Positions 32,703-46,340 of a stretch of 64,000 bases of DNA are shown here, one piece after another (positions within the stretch are counted from its first letter, which is position 1; the number at the start of each line of letters is the position of its first letter). The translations under genes and the position numbers were made by a program. Origin of the DNA: Eledone cirrhosa (lineage: Eukaryota); NCBI GenBank assembly GCA_964016885.1, contig OZ024740.1:273296001-273360000 (forward strand), given 5' to 3'. The notes below the pieces were generated by a model. That model was not told where the DNA came from, made no database searches, and saw nothing but the letters and a program-made list of their open reading frames with translations.

Positions 32703-33107
32703 CGGGACACAGGACTACATTATCCATTGTGCCCCCCACTTAAGACACCAGCATGTAATTTGCTTGGCATTTGGCTGCTTTTTCGGGACACAGGACTACA
32801 TTATCCATTGTGCCCCTCACTTAAGACACTAGCATCTGATTTGCTTGGCATTTGGCTGCTATTTCGGGACACAGGACTACATTATCCACTGTGCTCCTCA
32901 TTTAAGACACTAGCATGTGATTTGCTTGGCATTTGGCTGCTATTTCGGGACACAGGACTACATTATCCACTGTGCTCCTCATTTAAGACACTAGCATATG
33001 ATTTGCTTGGCATTTGGCTGCTATTTCGGGACACAGGACTACATTATCCATTGTGGCCCTCACTTAAGACACTAGCATGTGATTTGCTTGGCCTTTGGCT
33101 GCTATTT
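32703..33107. repeat. Tandem repeat, 81-bp unit x5
   Basis: cgggacacaggactacattatcc starts at 32703, 32784, 32865, 32946 and 33027. Confidence 0.95.
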
Positions 33108-33387
33108 CTAGTATGTTGCACAATCAAATAGAGGCCTCTTCATTGGCATGTTTGTGTGTTTGTACGTATATGTTCATAAAAGTTTGCGTATGTAAAAGTG
33201 TTACCCTGCATATATGTGTATTTGCATGTTCGCAAGTGACTGTGTATATATGTGAATATTCAAAGTATATGTCGTGTATATGACTTATATGTATATTTAG
33301 TGTAGGTGTGTGTGTGTACTATTCAACTGTGTATGTGTGATTGTGTATATGTGTGTATGTGTGCACATGTGTGTGCGTATATATGTA

Positions 33388-33429
<42 letters not shown>

Positions 33430-33476
33430 TACATATATACGCATATATATATATATACATATATACATATATATAT

Positions 33477-33509
<33 letters not shown>

Positions 33510-33528
33510 TATATACATATATACGCAC

Positions 33529-33571
<43 letters not shown>

Positions 33572-33572
33572 A

Positions 33573-33780
33573 ACGCGCATGGCTTAGTGGTTAGAACATT
33601 GGAATTGCAATCGAAAGGTTGTGAGTTCTATTCTCGGACCGGGGGATGTATTGTTTCCTTGAGCAAGACACTTTATTTCACGTTGCTCCAGTTTACTCAG
33701 CTGTAGAAATGAGTACCGGCCTGCCCGCCCAGCCAGTGGGATGGCGTTATCTTATGGCTAAAACAGCACGACGGTCAAGG
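33573..33780 (+). mobile_element. tRNA-derived Meta-like SINE (partial)
   Basis: tggcttagtggttagaac...gtgagttctattc...ccttgagcaagacactttatttcacgttgctccagtttactcagctg; a related decayed copy lies at about 45055-45240. Confidence 0.8.
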
Positions 33781-33860
33781 TGCAACATATATGTTTGTCT
33801 ATATATACTCTTTTACCTATTCCAGCCATCCGTGTATATATATATATGTACATATATATG

Positions 33861-33903
<43 letters not shown>

Positions 33904-33952
33904 TATGTATGTATATATATATGTACATATATATATATATATATATATATAG

Positions 33953-33994
<42 letters not shown>

Positions 33995-34115
33995 GTATGT
34001 ATGTACATATATATGTACATATATATGTACATATATATATATAGATACATATATATATATATATATATATATAGATACATATATATAGATACATATACAG
34101 ATGTTCTTTTGATCA

Positions 34116-34178
34116 ATTACATTTTATTATACATATTTCGGAGGTACAACAGTACGTCCTCATCAGACAAAATATAAT
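34116..34178 (-). ncRNA. Type I hammerhead ribozyme motif
   Basis: AUUAUAUUUUGU-CUGAUGA-GGACGUAC-UGUU-GUACCUCC-GAAA-UAUGUA-UA-AUAAAAUGUAAU; 12-bp helix I; canonical G10.1-C11.1 pair. Confidence 0.8.
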
Positions 34179-34789
34179 GATACATGACATACCCTGAGAT
34201 GTTAAATGGTTAAGATTTAATCAAGGTAGAATATATATATGTACATATATATATATATATACATATTTGAAGAATAAAAAAAAGAAAAAAATTCCAATAA
34301 CTTCCGATAAAAGATTTTCTCTTTTTGATACAGGGGGCCGGGCGAACGTGTGGTGTTGTTTCTTCGACAGCCGGTCCATCTGTCATATATCTATATATAC
34401 TATCAAATAATATATATTTTTCTGGTGGTGCAGCAAAGTTAGGGCATAAACGTCTATGATTTAGTGAAACATATAATCCCTAATCTGGCATTATTTTATC
34501 ACGAGGTTGACTTTGCCTTTCATCCTTACGGGGGTCGATTTAAATAAAGTACCAGTAATGCACTGTGTTATTGCTGGCCTTGTGCCTAAAGTAGAAACAA
34601 TTATTTTATCAATGTCTATTTATCGAAGAGCAAGGTTAAGGGACAAAGGAAACAGTACCCATTCTTAAGTGGTGCAGATGTAAATTCAATCAGAGGTGCA
34701 TAAGCACCCACATGCATTCATGTACATCACACATATATATATAACGAGCTCGGATTTATTAAAATCCCCTCACGAATTAATATTAAATC

Positions 34790-34892
34790 AAATCAAGGCA
34801 ATAGAAAACACTTCACCCGCGTGCCTTGCAGTGAAAGTGAATCTGCGACCATGTAATTGAGAATAGAATTCCCTAACCAGATAGCCATGTTT
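34790..34892 (-). mobile_element. Decayed OR1-like SINE head
   Basis: Minus strand atggctatctggttaggg...acatggtcgcagattcactttcactgcaaggcac...aagtgttttcta resembles the octopus OR-type SINE 5' part (recalled). Confidence 0.5.
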
Positions 34893-34900
34893 ACACACAG

Positions 34901-35058
<158 letters not shown>

Positions 35059-35163
35059 ACATATATCTTTATTATATATATATATAGAAATTACTTATGC
35101 AGGACTAGAACTGTTTCAATCCTATGGTCCGACACAACTCGAGAATCTACAACACCCTCCTTC

Positions 35164-35200
<37 letters not shown>

Positions 35201-35464
35201 AAAGTTTGTAGATAGCTGTTTTAGGTTATGTAACTGTTATAGAAACACGTGTCAATAAATTCCTTTCAACTAAACTGTATCCATTCAAATCTTTCTATAT
35301 ATATATATGTATATAATAGTTTTTGATTTCGGCACAAAGCCAAGCATTTTTGGAGGGAAGGGAAAATCAATTAAGCCCACCTCAGTGAAATACTGGTACT
35401 TTATTTTATCAACTCCGTAAGGTTGGACAGAAAAGATCTGTGTATTTATTTATCTATAGCTCTA

Positions 35465-35499
<35 letters not shown>

Positions 35500-35500
35500 A

Positions 35501-35810
35501 AGAGAGGTGCTTGGCCACAGCCAGTTTTATGAAAGGTGGGTGATAGTGGCGAGAATGGCTCGTGTAAATGGGCCTTCTCTGTATACCATCCTGTAGGTAA
35601 AGAAGTAAAGGAGAGGGGAACACCTTCTCCATGTGCTCCCCGGGCAAAGGATTGCACACTTTTTCGGGTGTGTGTGCAACCCCCATCACGTCCCCTCCCT
35701 TTTGAGGTTGTTTTCGATTATTTTCATTTTATACCCTTTTTACTCGATTGTATGTAAACTCCCCCTTTGTATTTGTCCCTTCTTTTTATGCCTTTATGGT
35801 AAATAAAGAA
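35501..35810 (+). mobile_element. Tx1-like LINE 3' end, second copy, inside (TCTA)n
   Basis: Homologous to about 3665-3985 (FYERWVIVARMARVNGPSLY; tgtaaactccccct...aataaa); (TCTA)n on both sides. Confidence 0.75.
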
Positions 35811-35835
35811 ATCTATCTATCTATCTATCTATCAA

Positions 35836-35985
35836 TAGAGTATTCGATACTTGGGGTACTAGAGTGGGTAATATGAAAAGATTCAGGACTCCGACGCCTG
35901 AGCTCCGGCCGTTTCGACAGCTAGGTCGAAACGGCCGGAGCTCAGCCGTCGGTGTCTTGAATGTTTTCATATATATATGTACATA

Positions 35986-36073
<88 letters not shown>

Positions 36074-36274
36074 AACGAGTAGGACCGCGACGGCTGAGCT
36101 CAAGCCGTTTCGACGGTTAATTCTGGACGCATAATTAGTCCAGAATTAGCCGTCGAAACGGCTTGAGCTCAGCCGTCGGGGTCCTACTCGTTCCTATTAC
36201 TCACTCTACTACCCTAAGTATTGAGTACTTTGGTGCGTTATGGTCCCCCTGGTTCCTTACCACATTTCCTCCGT

Positions 36275-36310
<36 letters not shown>

Positions 36311-36332
36311 AATATATATATATAAATATATT

Positions 36333-36394
<62 letters not shown>

Positions 36395-36610
36395 AATCAG
36401 TAAGACCCCGACGGCTGAGCTCAAGCCGTTTCGACGGCTAATTCTGGACTAAAAAAAAAAAAAAAAGTTTTTAGTCTAGAATTAGCCGTCGAAACGGCTT
36501 GAGCTCAGCCGTCGGGGTCTTACTGGTTCCTATTACCCACTCTACTACCGTAAGTATTAAGTACTTTGGTGCGTTATCGTCCACCTGGTTCCTTACCACA
36601 TTTCCTTCGT

Positions 36611-36611
<1 letters not shown>
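35836..36611. mobile_element. Cluster of three fold-back hairpin elements (35836-35970 -, 36070-36275 +, 36391-36611 +)
   Basis: Each has the gccgtttcga...tcgaaacggc palindrome and the family tail; separated by (TA)n. Confidence 0.85.
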
Positions 36612-36642
<31 letters not shown>

Positions 36643-36661
36643 TATAAATATATTTATATAT

Positions 36662-36722
<61 letters not shown>

Positions 36723-36939
36723 TATTTATATATATATATGTGTGTGTGTGATTACATCCACCCCCAAAAAAAGGTGTAGCTTTCCCAACTTTCATTTCAC
36801 ATTTCATATCCTTCGACTCCCATCAATTATTTTCTAACCTGGTCAGGAAGAAGGGTCCGATTGCTCCCCCCCCCCATGTCACTCTTTATGGTCACAGTGC
36901 TGATATCACAATAAGAAACATCCAGTTCACCTTCTAAGG

Positions 36940-37112
36940 TGATATTGCTAGATTCACGATAAAATGCTCCCTGTATAAACTGTAAAGTGGTTGGTGTTAG
37001 GAAGGGCATCAAATCACAGATACCATACCACCCCCAGTGGAGCATATGATATAGACGTAATACCACATCTAACCCATGCTAGAATGGATAACAGATATTA
37101 AATGATAATGAC

Positions 37113-37158
<46 letters not shown>
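36940..37158 (+). mobile_element. SINE/RTE-type tail element ending in (GAT)n
   Basis: gtggttggtgttaggaagggcatc...aacccatgctagaatgg...(gat)n; a related reversed fragment lies at about 5560-5695. Confidence 0.6.
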
Positions 37159-37907
37159 ATGTATGCGCAGTGCATGCATGCTGCATAGTAGTGTACAGTA
37201 TGTGTATGTGTGGATGATTATTTTGTCTACGTGTGTGTGACTGAAACGCTTTGCTTTCTGTATTTATATGAATGTATATATTATTGGCGGTGCCCCAGCA
37301 TGGCCTCAGCCGGATGGCTGAAACAGGTAAAAGAGTATTGTATAAGTATGTGCTTGGTGGGCGCACTTGTGTATAGGAACACTGTATAAGATTTCATAGT
37401 GTGTGTGAGAATGGTTAGGTATGTTTGAGCATGTGTGGATGCACAGATATAGAGGTATTCCAGCCTGTCTGTTTCCTATGTGAAAGTACCCCAGAACCAC
37501 ATTATCCAGTGTGCATTAAAAAAACAAAAAAACTGTGGAGTATGATTTGAAAGATATTTGGCTGCTATTTCTAGCAGGCTGAACGACAACAGAGATGTTA
37601 CCTCATTGAATAATGTGTGTAGGGTGTATATGTCGATATATGTGTCTTTGTGTGTCTGGATAGTTGTGATAAAATCTGCAACGGTATGTGTGTGCGTGAA
37701 TATGTGTGTGTGTACATGTGGGTGCATGCTTGAATGTGTGTGCATGTGTATGTGTGTTTGAGTATAGTTCTGTTTATTTGGACCTGCGGTTGGATCTGTT
37801 TTTCTTATATATCTAAGCTTCTATGTATATATATGTATGTGTGTGTGTGTGTGTGCGCGTGTGTGACTATGAACCGTATTTTACACCTGCATTGTTTGTG
37901 TATAATA

Positions 37908-38075
37908 CAGTATTTTCCGGCGTCGAAGACGCTACTCTTTTCCTAAAATAAGTCTCAAAAATCTACCATGCGTCCTGGAGGCCGAAAGTTGTTTAGTATA
38001 TTTTTTCAGATTTTTGGTTGTCAAAATTTGGCTGCGTCCTTGAGGACGAAGCGTCTTCGGCACCGGGAAATACAG
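37908..38075. mobile_element. pogo/Tigger-like MITE
   Basis: About 26-bp imperfect TIRs cagtattttccggcgtcgaagacgct / agcgtcttcggcaccgggaaatacag; TA on the left. Confidence 0.7.
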
Positions 38076-38184
38076 CATATGCATGTATGTGCGGGTATGT
38101 AGCGCTTTTGTGTTTAGAAGTTGTGTTCTTATACGTATGCAGTGGTGAGATAGCAGATTATTTGAGTCGGAGAAATAATTGATT

Positions 38185-38704
38185 TCACTTTTGACACAAG
38201 GCCAGCAATTATCGCAGTACATTACTGGTACTTCTATTTTATCGACCCCGTAAGGATGAACGGCAAAGTTAACCTCGTCGGGATTTGAACTCAGATCATA
38301 ATGCTGTAAAGCATGGTGTCTGACACTCTACCGTTACTGCCAATCGGACAAATAATTGAAACTGCTTAGCTATGGAAGTTTAAGCTTTGAGTTCTAATCT
38401 CACCAGGAATAGTTTTGAGTTCTAACCTTCCAATATATAACAATTTTATCGTACATAATTTAGATAAATGGATAGACAGATTTATAATTGTTTCTACAAT
38501 AGGCACAAGGCAAGCAATATTTTAGCGGGGTAGGGGAAAGTTGACTAAATCGACAACAGTGCATTACTGGTACATTATTTTATAGACCCCGTAAGGATGA
38601 ACGGCAAAGTTAACCTCGGTTTGAACTCAGAATGTAAAGGGCCGTAACTCAATGCTGCAAAGCAAGGTGTCTGACGCTCTACCGATCCTGCCAATCCATC
38701 GCCC
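38185..38704 (-). mobile_element. Two OK-like SINEs (about 38185-38345 and 38489-38704)
   Basis: The second copy has a perfect 17-bp TSD atagacagatttataat (38472-38488/38705-38721). Confidence 0.85.
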
Positions 38705-38809
38705 ATAGACAGATTTATAATAATAAAAAAATACAGGATGTATCTATTGTACATTTACTTCCTCAAAACTATACAGACTTGAGCAAATGTGAGGAAATAG
38801 GATCAGTGT

Positions 38810-41800
38810 ATGTATGTCTTTGTACTCTTATGTATGTCTTTGTACTCTTATGTGTGGTGTTGTACTCTTGTGTGTGGTTTTGTACTCTTATGTGTGGTTT
38901 TGTACTCTTATGTGTTGTTTTGTACTCTTATGTGTGGTTTTGTAATATTATATGTGGTTTTGTACTTCAATGTGTTGTTTTGTACTCTTATGTGTGGTTT
39001 TGTAATATTATATGTGGTTTTGTACTCTTATGTGTGGTTTTGTACTCTTATATGTGGTTTTGTAATATTATATGTGGTTTTGTACTCTTATGTGTGGTTT
39101 TGTACTCTTATGTGTGGTTTTGTACTCTTATGTGTGGTTTTGTAATATTATATGTGGTTTTGTACTCTTATGTGTGGTTTTGTACTCGTATGTGTGGTTT
39201 TGTAATCTTATGTGTGGTTTTGTACTCTTATGTGTAGTTTTGTACTCTTATGTGTGGTTTTGTAATATTATATGTGGTTTTGTACTCTTATGTGTGGTTT
39301 TGTACTCTTATGTGTGGTTTTGTACTCTTATGTGTGGTTTTGTAATATTATATGTGGTTTTGTACTCTTATGTGTGTTTTGTACTCGTATGTGTGGTTTT
39401 GTAATCTTATGTGTGGTTTTGTACTCTTATGTGTTGTTTTGTACTTCAATTTGTTATTTTGTACTCTTATGTGTGGTTTTGTGATCTCGCGTATGGTTTT
39501 GTACTCTTCTGTGTGGTTTTGTACTCCTTTGTGCGGTTTTCTACTCGTATGTGTGGTTTGTACTCTTATTTGTGGTTTTGTACTCGTGTGTGTAGTTTTG
39601 TACTCTTATGTGTAGTTTTGTACTCTTGTGTGTGGTTTTGTACTCTTATGTGTGGTTTTGTACTCTTATGTGTGGTTTTGTAATATTATATGTGGTTTTA
39701 TACTCTTATGTGTGGTTTTGTACTCGTATGTGTGGTTTTGTAATCTTATGTGTGGTTTTGTACTCTTATGTGTGGTTTTGTACTTCAATTTGTTGTTTTG
39801 TACTCTTATGTGTGGTTTTGTGGTCTCGTGTATGGTTTTGTACTCTTCTGTGTGGTTTTGTACTCCTTTGTGCGGTTTTCTACTCGTATGTGTGGTTTGT
39901 ACTCTTATTTGTGGTTGTGTACTCTTGTGTGTGATTTTGTACTCTTATGTGTGGTTTTGTACTCTTGTGCGTGGCTTTATTCTCATGTGTGTCTTTGTAC
40001 TTGTATAACTGTGCATGCTTTTGCACTGATGTGTGTGCCTTTGCACAAATGTGTGTGTCTCTGTACTCATGTGTGTGTCTATTTTCTTATGAGTGTGTAT
40101 CTGTACTCACGTGTGTGTCTCTGTACTCATGTGTGTGTCTTTATACTCGTGTGTGTGTCTTTGTACTCATGTGCGTTTGTCTTTGTCCCCGTGTGTGTAC
40201 GTTTCTACTCATGTGTGTGACTCTCTACTCATGTTTGTGTCTCTGTACTCATGTGTGTGTCTTTGTATTCTCGCGTGTATCTTTGGAATGTGTGTGTCTT
40301 TGTAGTTGTGTGTGTGTCTTTGTACTTGTGTGTGTGTCTTTGTACTCGTGTGTGTCTCTCTATTCATGTGTGTGTCTATGTACTCATGTGTGTGTCTTTG
40401 TACTCATGTATGTGTCTCTGCACTCATGTGTGTGTATTTGTACTCATGAGGGTGTCTTTGTACTCCTGTATGTGTGTCTGCACTCATGAGTGTGTCTTTG
40501 TACTAATGTGTATGTCTTTGTACTCATTTGTGTGTCTTTGTACTCGTGTGTGTGTCTTTGTACGCATGTATGTGTCTTGGTACTCCCATATGCGTCTTTA
40601 TACTCTCTGGTGTGCCTTTCTAATCATATGTGTGTCATTGTACTCATGTGTGTGTATTTGTACTCGTGTGTGTGTACTCGTGTGTGTGTGTCTTTGAATG
40701 TTTGTGTGTGCGTCTTTGTGCTCATGTGCGTGTCTTTGTTCTCTTGTGTGTGTCTCTGTACTCGTGTGTGTGTCTCCGTACTCATGTGTGTGTCTCTGTA
40801 CTCGTGTGTGTGTCTCTGTACTCTTGTGTGTGTCTTTGTTCTCATGTTTGTGTCTTTGTTCTCACGTGTGTGCCTCTGTACATGTGTGTGTGTCTCTGTA
40901 CTCATGTGTGTGTCTCTCTACTCATGTTTGTGTCTCTGTACTCTTGTGTGTGTCTTTGTTGTAATCTGTGTGTCTTTGTTCTCATGTGTGTGTCTCTGTA
41001 CTCATGTGTGTGCCTTTGTACTCGTGTGTGTGTCTTTGTACTCGTGTGTGTGTGTCTTTGTACTCGTGTCTGTGTGTCTTTGTACTCGTGTGTGTGTGTG
41101 TCTTTGTACTCGTGTGTGTGGTTTTGTACTCTTATGTGTGGTTTTGTACTCTTATGTGTGGTTTTGTAATATTATATGTGGTTTTGTACTCTTATGTGTG
41201 GTTTTGTGCTCTCGTGTATGGTTTTGTAATCTTCTGTGTTGTTTTGTGCTCTCGTGAATGGTTTTGTACTCTTCTGTGTGGTTTTGTACTCCTTTGTGCG
41301 GTTTTCTACTCGTATGTGTGGTTTGTACTCTTATCTGTGGTTTTGTACTCTTGTGTGTGGTTTTGTACTCTTATGTGTGGTTTTGTACTCTTGTGCGTGG
41401 CTTTATTCTCATGTGTGTCTTTGTACTTGTATAACTGTGCATGCTTTTGCACTGATGTGTGTGCCTTTGCACAAATGTGTGTGTCTCTGTACTCATGTGT
41501 GTGTCTTTATACTTGTGTGTGTGTCTTTGTACTCATGTGCGTTTGTCTTTGTCCCCGTGTGTGTACGTTTCTACTCATGTGTGTGACTCTCTACTCATGT
41601 TTGTGTCTCTGTGCTCATGTGTGTGTCTTTGTATTCTCGCGTGTATCTTTGGAATGTGTGTGTCTTTGTAGTTGTGTTGGTGTCTTTGTACTTGTGTGTG
41701 TGTCTTTGTACTCATGTATGTGTCTCTGCACTCATATGTGTGTATTTGTACTCATGAGTGTGTCTTTGTACTCCTGTATGTGTGTCTGCACTAATGAGTG

Positions 41801-43045
41801 TGTCTTTGTACTCATGTGTATGTCTTTGTACTCATTTGTGTGTCTTTGTACTCGTGTGTGTGTCTTTGTACGCATGTGTGTGTCTTGGTACTCCCATATG
41901 CGTCTTTGTACTCTCTGGTGTGCCTTTCTAATCATATGTGTGTCATTGTACTCATGTGTGTGTATTTGTACTCGTGCGTGTGTACTCGTGTGTGTGTCTT
42001 TGAATGTTTGTGTGTGCGTCTTTGTGCTCATGTGCGTGTCTTTGTTCTCTTGTGTGTGTCTCTGTACTCGTGTGTGTGTCTCCGTACTCATGTGTGTGTC
42101 TCTGTACTCGTGTATGTGTATCTGTACTCTTGTGTGTGTCTTTGTTCTCATGTTTGTGTCTTTGTTCTCACGTGTGTGCCTCTGTACATGTGTGTGTGTC
42201 TCTGTACTCATGTGTGTGTCTCTATACTCATGTTTGTGTCTCTGTACTCTTGTGTGTGTCTTTGTTGTCATCTGTGTGTCTTTGTTCTCATGTGTGTGTC
42301 TCTGTACTCATGTGTGTGCCTTTGTACTCGTGTGTGTGTCTTTGTACTCGTGTGTGTATGTCTTTGTACTCGTGTCTGTGTGTCTTTGTACTCGTGTGTG
42401 TGTGTGTCTTTGTACTCGTGTGTGTGCCTTTGAACTTTTGTGTGTGTATTTGTACTCGTGTGTGTGTACCTCTGTACTCATGTGTGTGTCTTTGAAATTG
42501 TGTGTGTGTGTCTTTGTACTTGTGTGTGTGTTTTTGTAATCATGTGTGTGACTTTGTGCTGGTGTGTGTGCCTTTGTACTCATATGCGTGTTTTTTTAAC
42601 TTCTGTGTGTGTGTTTGTACTCATCTGTGTGTCTTTGTACTCATATGTGTGTATTTGGACTCATGTGTGTGTCATTGTTCTCTTGTATCTGACATTATAT
42701 TCGTGTGTTTGTCTTTATACTTGTGTGTTTGTATTTGTACTCTTGAGTGTGACTTTGTACTCGTGTGTGTGACTTTGTAATCGTGTGTGTGTGCCTGTAC
42801 TCTTGTGTGTCTCTTTGTACTCATGTCTGTCTCTTTGTACTCATATGTGAGTCTTTGTACTCATGTGTGTGTCTTTGTGTGTCTCTCTGTGCTTGTGTGT
42901 GCGTGTTTGTGCTCGTGTGTGTGTCTGTGTACGCTTGTGTGTGTGTCTTTGTATTCATGTGTGTGACTTTGAATTCATGTGTGTGATTTTTACTCGTGTG
43001 TGTATGTGCCTGTGTAATCTTGAGTGTGTCTTTGTACTCATGTAT
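38810..43045. repeat. 4.2-kb minisatellite array, about 20-bp unit (tgtgtggttttgtactctta grading into tgtgtgtctttgtactca) with higher-order duplication
   Basis: 20-nt periodicity is directly visible; a variant block near 39970-41100 is repeated at about 41395-42420. Confidence 0.95.
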
Positions 43046-43296
43046 GTGTGTGTATACATAAACGTATATAAACGTATACAAAAATGTATATATAAGTGTA
43101 TATAAATGTATATATGAGTGTATGTATGTTTACATGGTTATATTTATTTTCAAATTTGTATATGCTTGCTACACTTGTCTGTATGTGTGTATTTATTGTG
43201 TGCCTGCCCTGTGAATGCATAGTTTTCACAAACCAATATGTGTGTGTATATGTGTGACTGTACCTTGTACCTATATATATATATATATATATATAT

Positions 43297-43558
<262 letters not shown>

Positions 43559-43597
43559 ATATTAAAAAAATGGAAACTATATTTATAAAACCATATT

Positions 43598-43658
43598 TAT
43601 TCTATTATATATATTTCAAGGTACCAAAAATTTTGGTACGCTATCATCAGATAAAATA
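43598..43658 (-). ncRNA. Type I hammerhead motif in a pLTR-like repeat
   Basis: UAUUUUAU-CUGAUGA-UAGCGUACCAA..UUGGUACCUU-GAAA-UAUAUA-UA-AUAGAAUA; family members at 50447-50512, 50641-50706 and 53544-53608. Confidence 0.7.
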
Positions 43659-43750
43659 CAAAATGTTTTATAAATATTTGACATGACCAAGGATAATATA
43701 CCTTAACGGTTCAAGTTATCCCTGGGCATCTCTTCTACACACACACACAG

Positions 43751-43801
<51 letters not shown>

Positions 43802-44000
43802 TAATAAAATAACAGGAGGGTGGACTCGTGTAAATCCTTGAAAGGTTTATTATACAATGATCATTTCAATGACCGGGTTCCGTATGAATCCGGTGCTCTA
43901 TCCAGTGGTGAACCTTCGAACCTAAATAAATATATATATATATATATATGGCCTCAGCCGGATGGCTGAAACAGGTAAGAGAGTATATATATATATATAT

Positions 44001-44090
44001 TTATTAAAATAACAGATTAAAGTTTCAGAAGATCCCGTTAAGGGTGAAAGCACCGATTCTTTGGTTAAACTTTTATCTGTTATTTTAATA
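44001..44090. repeat. 25-bp inverted repeat enclosing a degenerate hammerhead
   Basis: ttattaaaataacagattaaagttt / aaacttttatctgttattttaataa around CAGAAGA-TCCC-gttaa-GGGT-GAAA; family fragments at about 22135-22172 and 53308-53370. Confidence 0.6.
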
Positions 44091-45577
44091 AATATTTGCT
44101 CTACGATTCGTATATATTTGATATATATTTATCCTTATCGAGCCCTCTTTGGATTTTAGTCTTCAAATTTATTATTATCACTATATATATATATATATAT
44201 ACATTTTTTTAAATATATATTTATATATACACCTGCATTATTTATATTTATATTTAAGGATGAAAGGCAAAGTCAAATCCCGCCGAGGTTGACTTTGCCT
44301 TTCATCCTTACGGAGTCGATAAAATAAAGTACCAGTAATGCACTGGATAATTGCTGGCCTTGTGCCTAAAGTAGAAACAATTATTTATATTTTACTTATA
44401 TACACTTACATTTATATATTTTAAGGTATGCTTTATGTATGAAACAAAATCTTGGTATGTGTGATTACATATATATATATTTACATATATATATATATGT
44501 GTTGGAATGTATTATTACTTACTTAGCTTTGCATCTCAATTGTTTAAACCGTCTGTATGTGTATAGTTGTAATAATTTTGAATGTGTGTTTGCATGTATG
44601 TACAATGTCTATATATGATTATTTACGTGTGTGCATTAGTTGCATATGCGCATGAATAAAGAAACGCATATAAAAATCTGTGTGTATATAAATGTATGCA
44701 GGCGATGTTTGTATGCATATGTGTATGTGGTTCTACATCTATATAGGTATTTTTGTGTGTGCTTCGCATATGTATTTGAATGTGTTTCGTTCTTTCGCAT
44801 TGTGCATGTGTGTATAATTAACTGTTTGTATATGTATGTAATTGTCATGTTTGTATGTATATGTGCGTATATATATGTATGAGAGTAAGTTTGAGTATGT
44901 AAACGTGGGTATACGTATGGGTATGTTTCAGTATCTTGTCTCGTATGTATTTTTATATTATTCGTTTGTGAAATTGTTTGTTTGTTTATGATTCTATATA
45001 ATTGTATGTATAATTGTATAACTGTTTATGTATAACATATTTTTGTTTGTGACGAAGGCGCCAGGTATAGTGTATAGCATATATGGTTCACGATCAAAAT
45101 GTCGTGAGTTCGATTCCCGGCCTTGCGCTGTGTCATTGAGAAAGACACTTTACATCACATAGGGCCAGCCTTGTCATTTGGCGTGTCACGTTGGATCTCT
45201 ATGAGAACTACGTTAAGGGTATGGATGTCTGTAGAATGTTGGACAGGAAAATTTAATTTAGAATGTTATATCTGCGGAAGCACTATACATATTTTGATGG
45301 CTGAGCCCTATCACCCGATTCTGATATAATACTAGACGATTTCATCAGGTGTTATTTGCAGAATTATATAACAGGATTACATTGAACCCAAACATAGAAT
45401 AGAATGTAAAAGATATAAAGAAATTGAAAATGAGAAAGAAATAGCGGACCGATTCGGAATTAAAATTCTAAAGTAAATTTTTCAGTACGGCCTTCTGTTG
45501 TTGTTTTAATGAATACTTAACGTTGCTGCTCCAGCCACTGGACCCACAGTTACAATAGATGTCTTGCATAACACTGA

Positions 45578-45707
45578 ATGTTTTAATTAATTTGTTGCAT
45601 CATCGATTACCAATCCGAACCACCAGTTCTACCCACCGTAAACAGCCTAACATAAAGTATATATATATATACTTTATGTTAGGCTGTTTACGATGGGTAT
45701 ATATATG

Positions 45708-45804
<97 letters not shown>

Positions 45805-45883
45805 TTTATGTTAGGCTGTTTACGATGGGTAGAACTGGTGGTTCGGATTGGGAATCGATGATGCAACAAATTAATTAAAACAT
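45578..45883. repeat. About 80-bp inverted repeat around (TA)n, with a partial third copy
   Basis: atgttttaattaatttgttgcatcatcgatt...cctaacataaag is mirrored at about 45803-45883; partial mirrored arm at about 45671-45699. Confidence 0.9.
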
Positions 45884-45911
45884 ATATTTATATATATATA
45901 TATATATGAAT

Positions 45912-45971
<60 letters not shown>

Positions 45972-46268
45972 AATGAGAGGTATAGAGATTGTTTTAGCAA
46001 GAAGCTAACGGCATTCTATAACATATTATATATATATATATTACAAATAGCCGTCGAAACGGCTTGAGCTCTGCCGTCGGGCTCATACTTTTTCCTATAT
46101 ATATATATACATATAGGGAGACACAAAGCAGGGTTTGCTTAGAAACGGCTAGCGAATTTGAAAATTAGTTAGTATCATGTGGTTATGGCGTATTTGACTA
46201 AATATAATTCGTCTGTTAGTTGGGATTAAAAAAAAACTCCACTGAATGGAAAAAAAAAGGATGAGTAT

Positions 46269-46340
46269 TGACGGTCATGGGACACGAACCCACAACTTTA
46301 GTTTGCGGAACCAATGTGTTACCAGTATACCAACACGCCC
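46269..46340 (-). pseudogene. tRNA-like pseudogene or SINE head
   Basis: GGGCGTG TTGGTATACTGGTAACAC A TTGGT-TCCGCAA-ACTAA AGTT GTGGG-TTCGTGT-CCCAT GACCGTCA; anticodon and T arms pair, but the acceptor stem does not. Confidence 0.5.

Noticed and set aside
32703-33107. CRISPR-like array
   Set aside because: The units are fully repeated with no unique spacers, there are no cas genes, and the context is eukaryotic.
40968-42539. 523-aa Cys/Val-rich ORF
   Set aside because: It lies wholly within the TG-rich minisatellite and is open in several frames because of base composition.
46269-46340. Functional tRNA-Ala(CGC)
   Set aside because: The acceptor stem and D arm do not pair properly; kept only as a pseudogene or SINE head.
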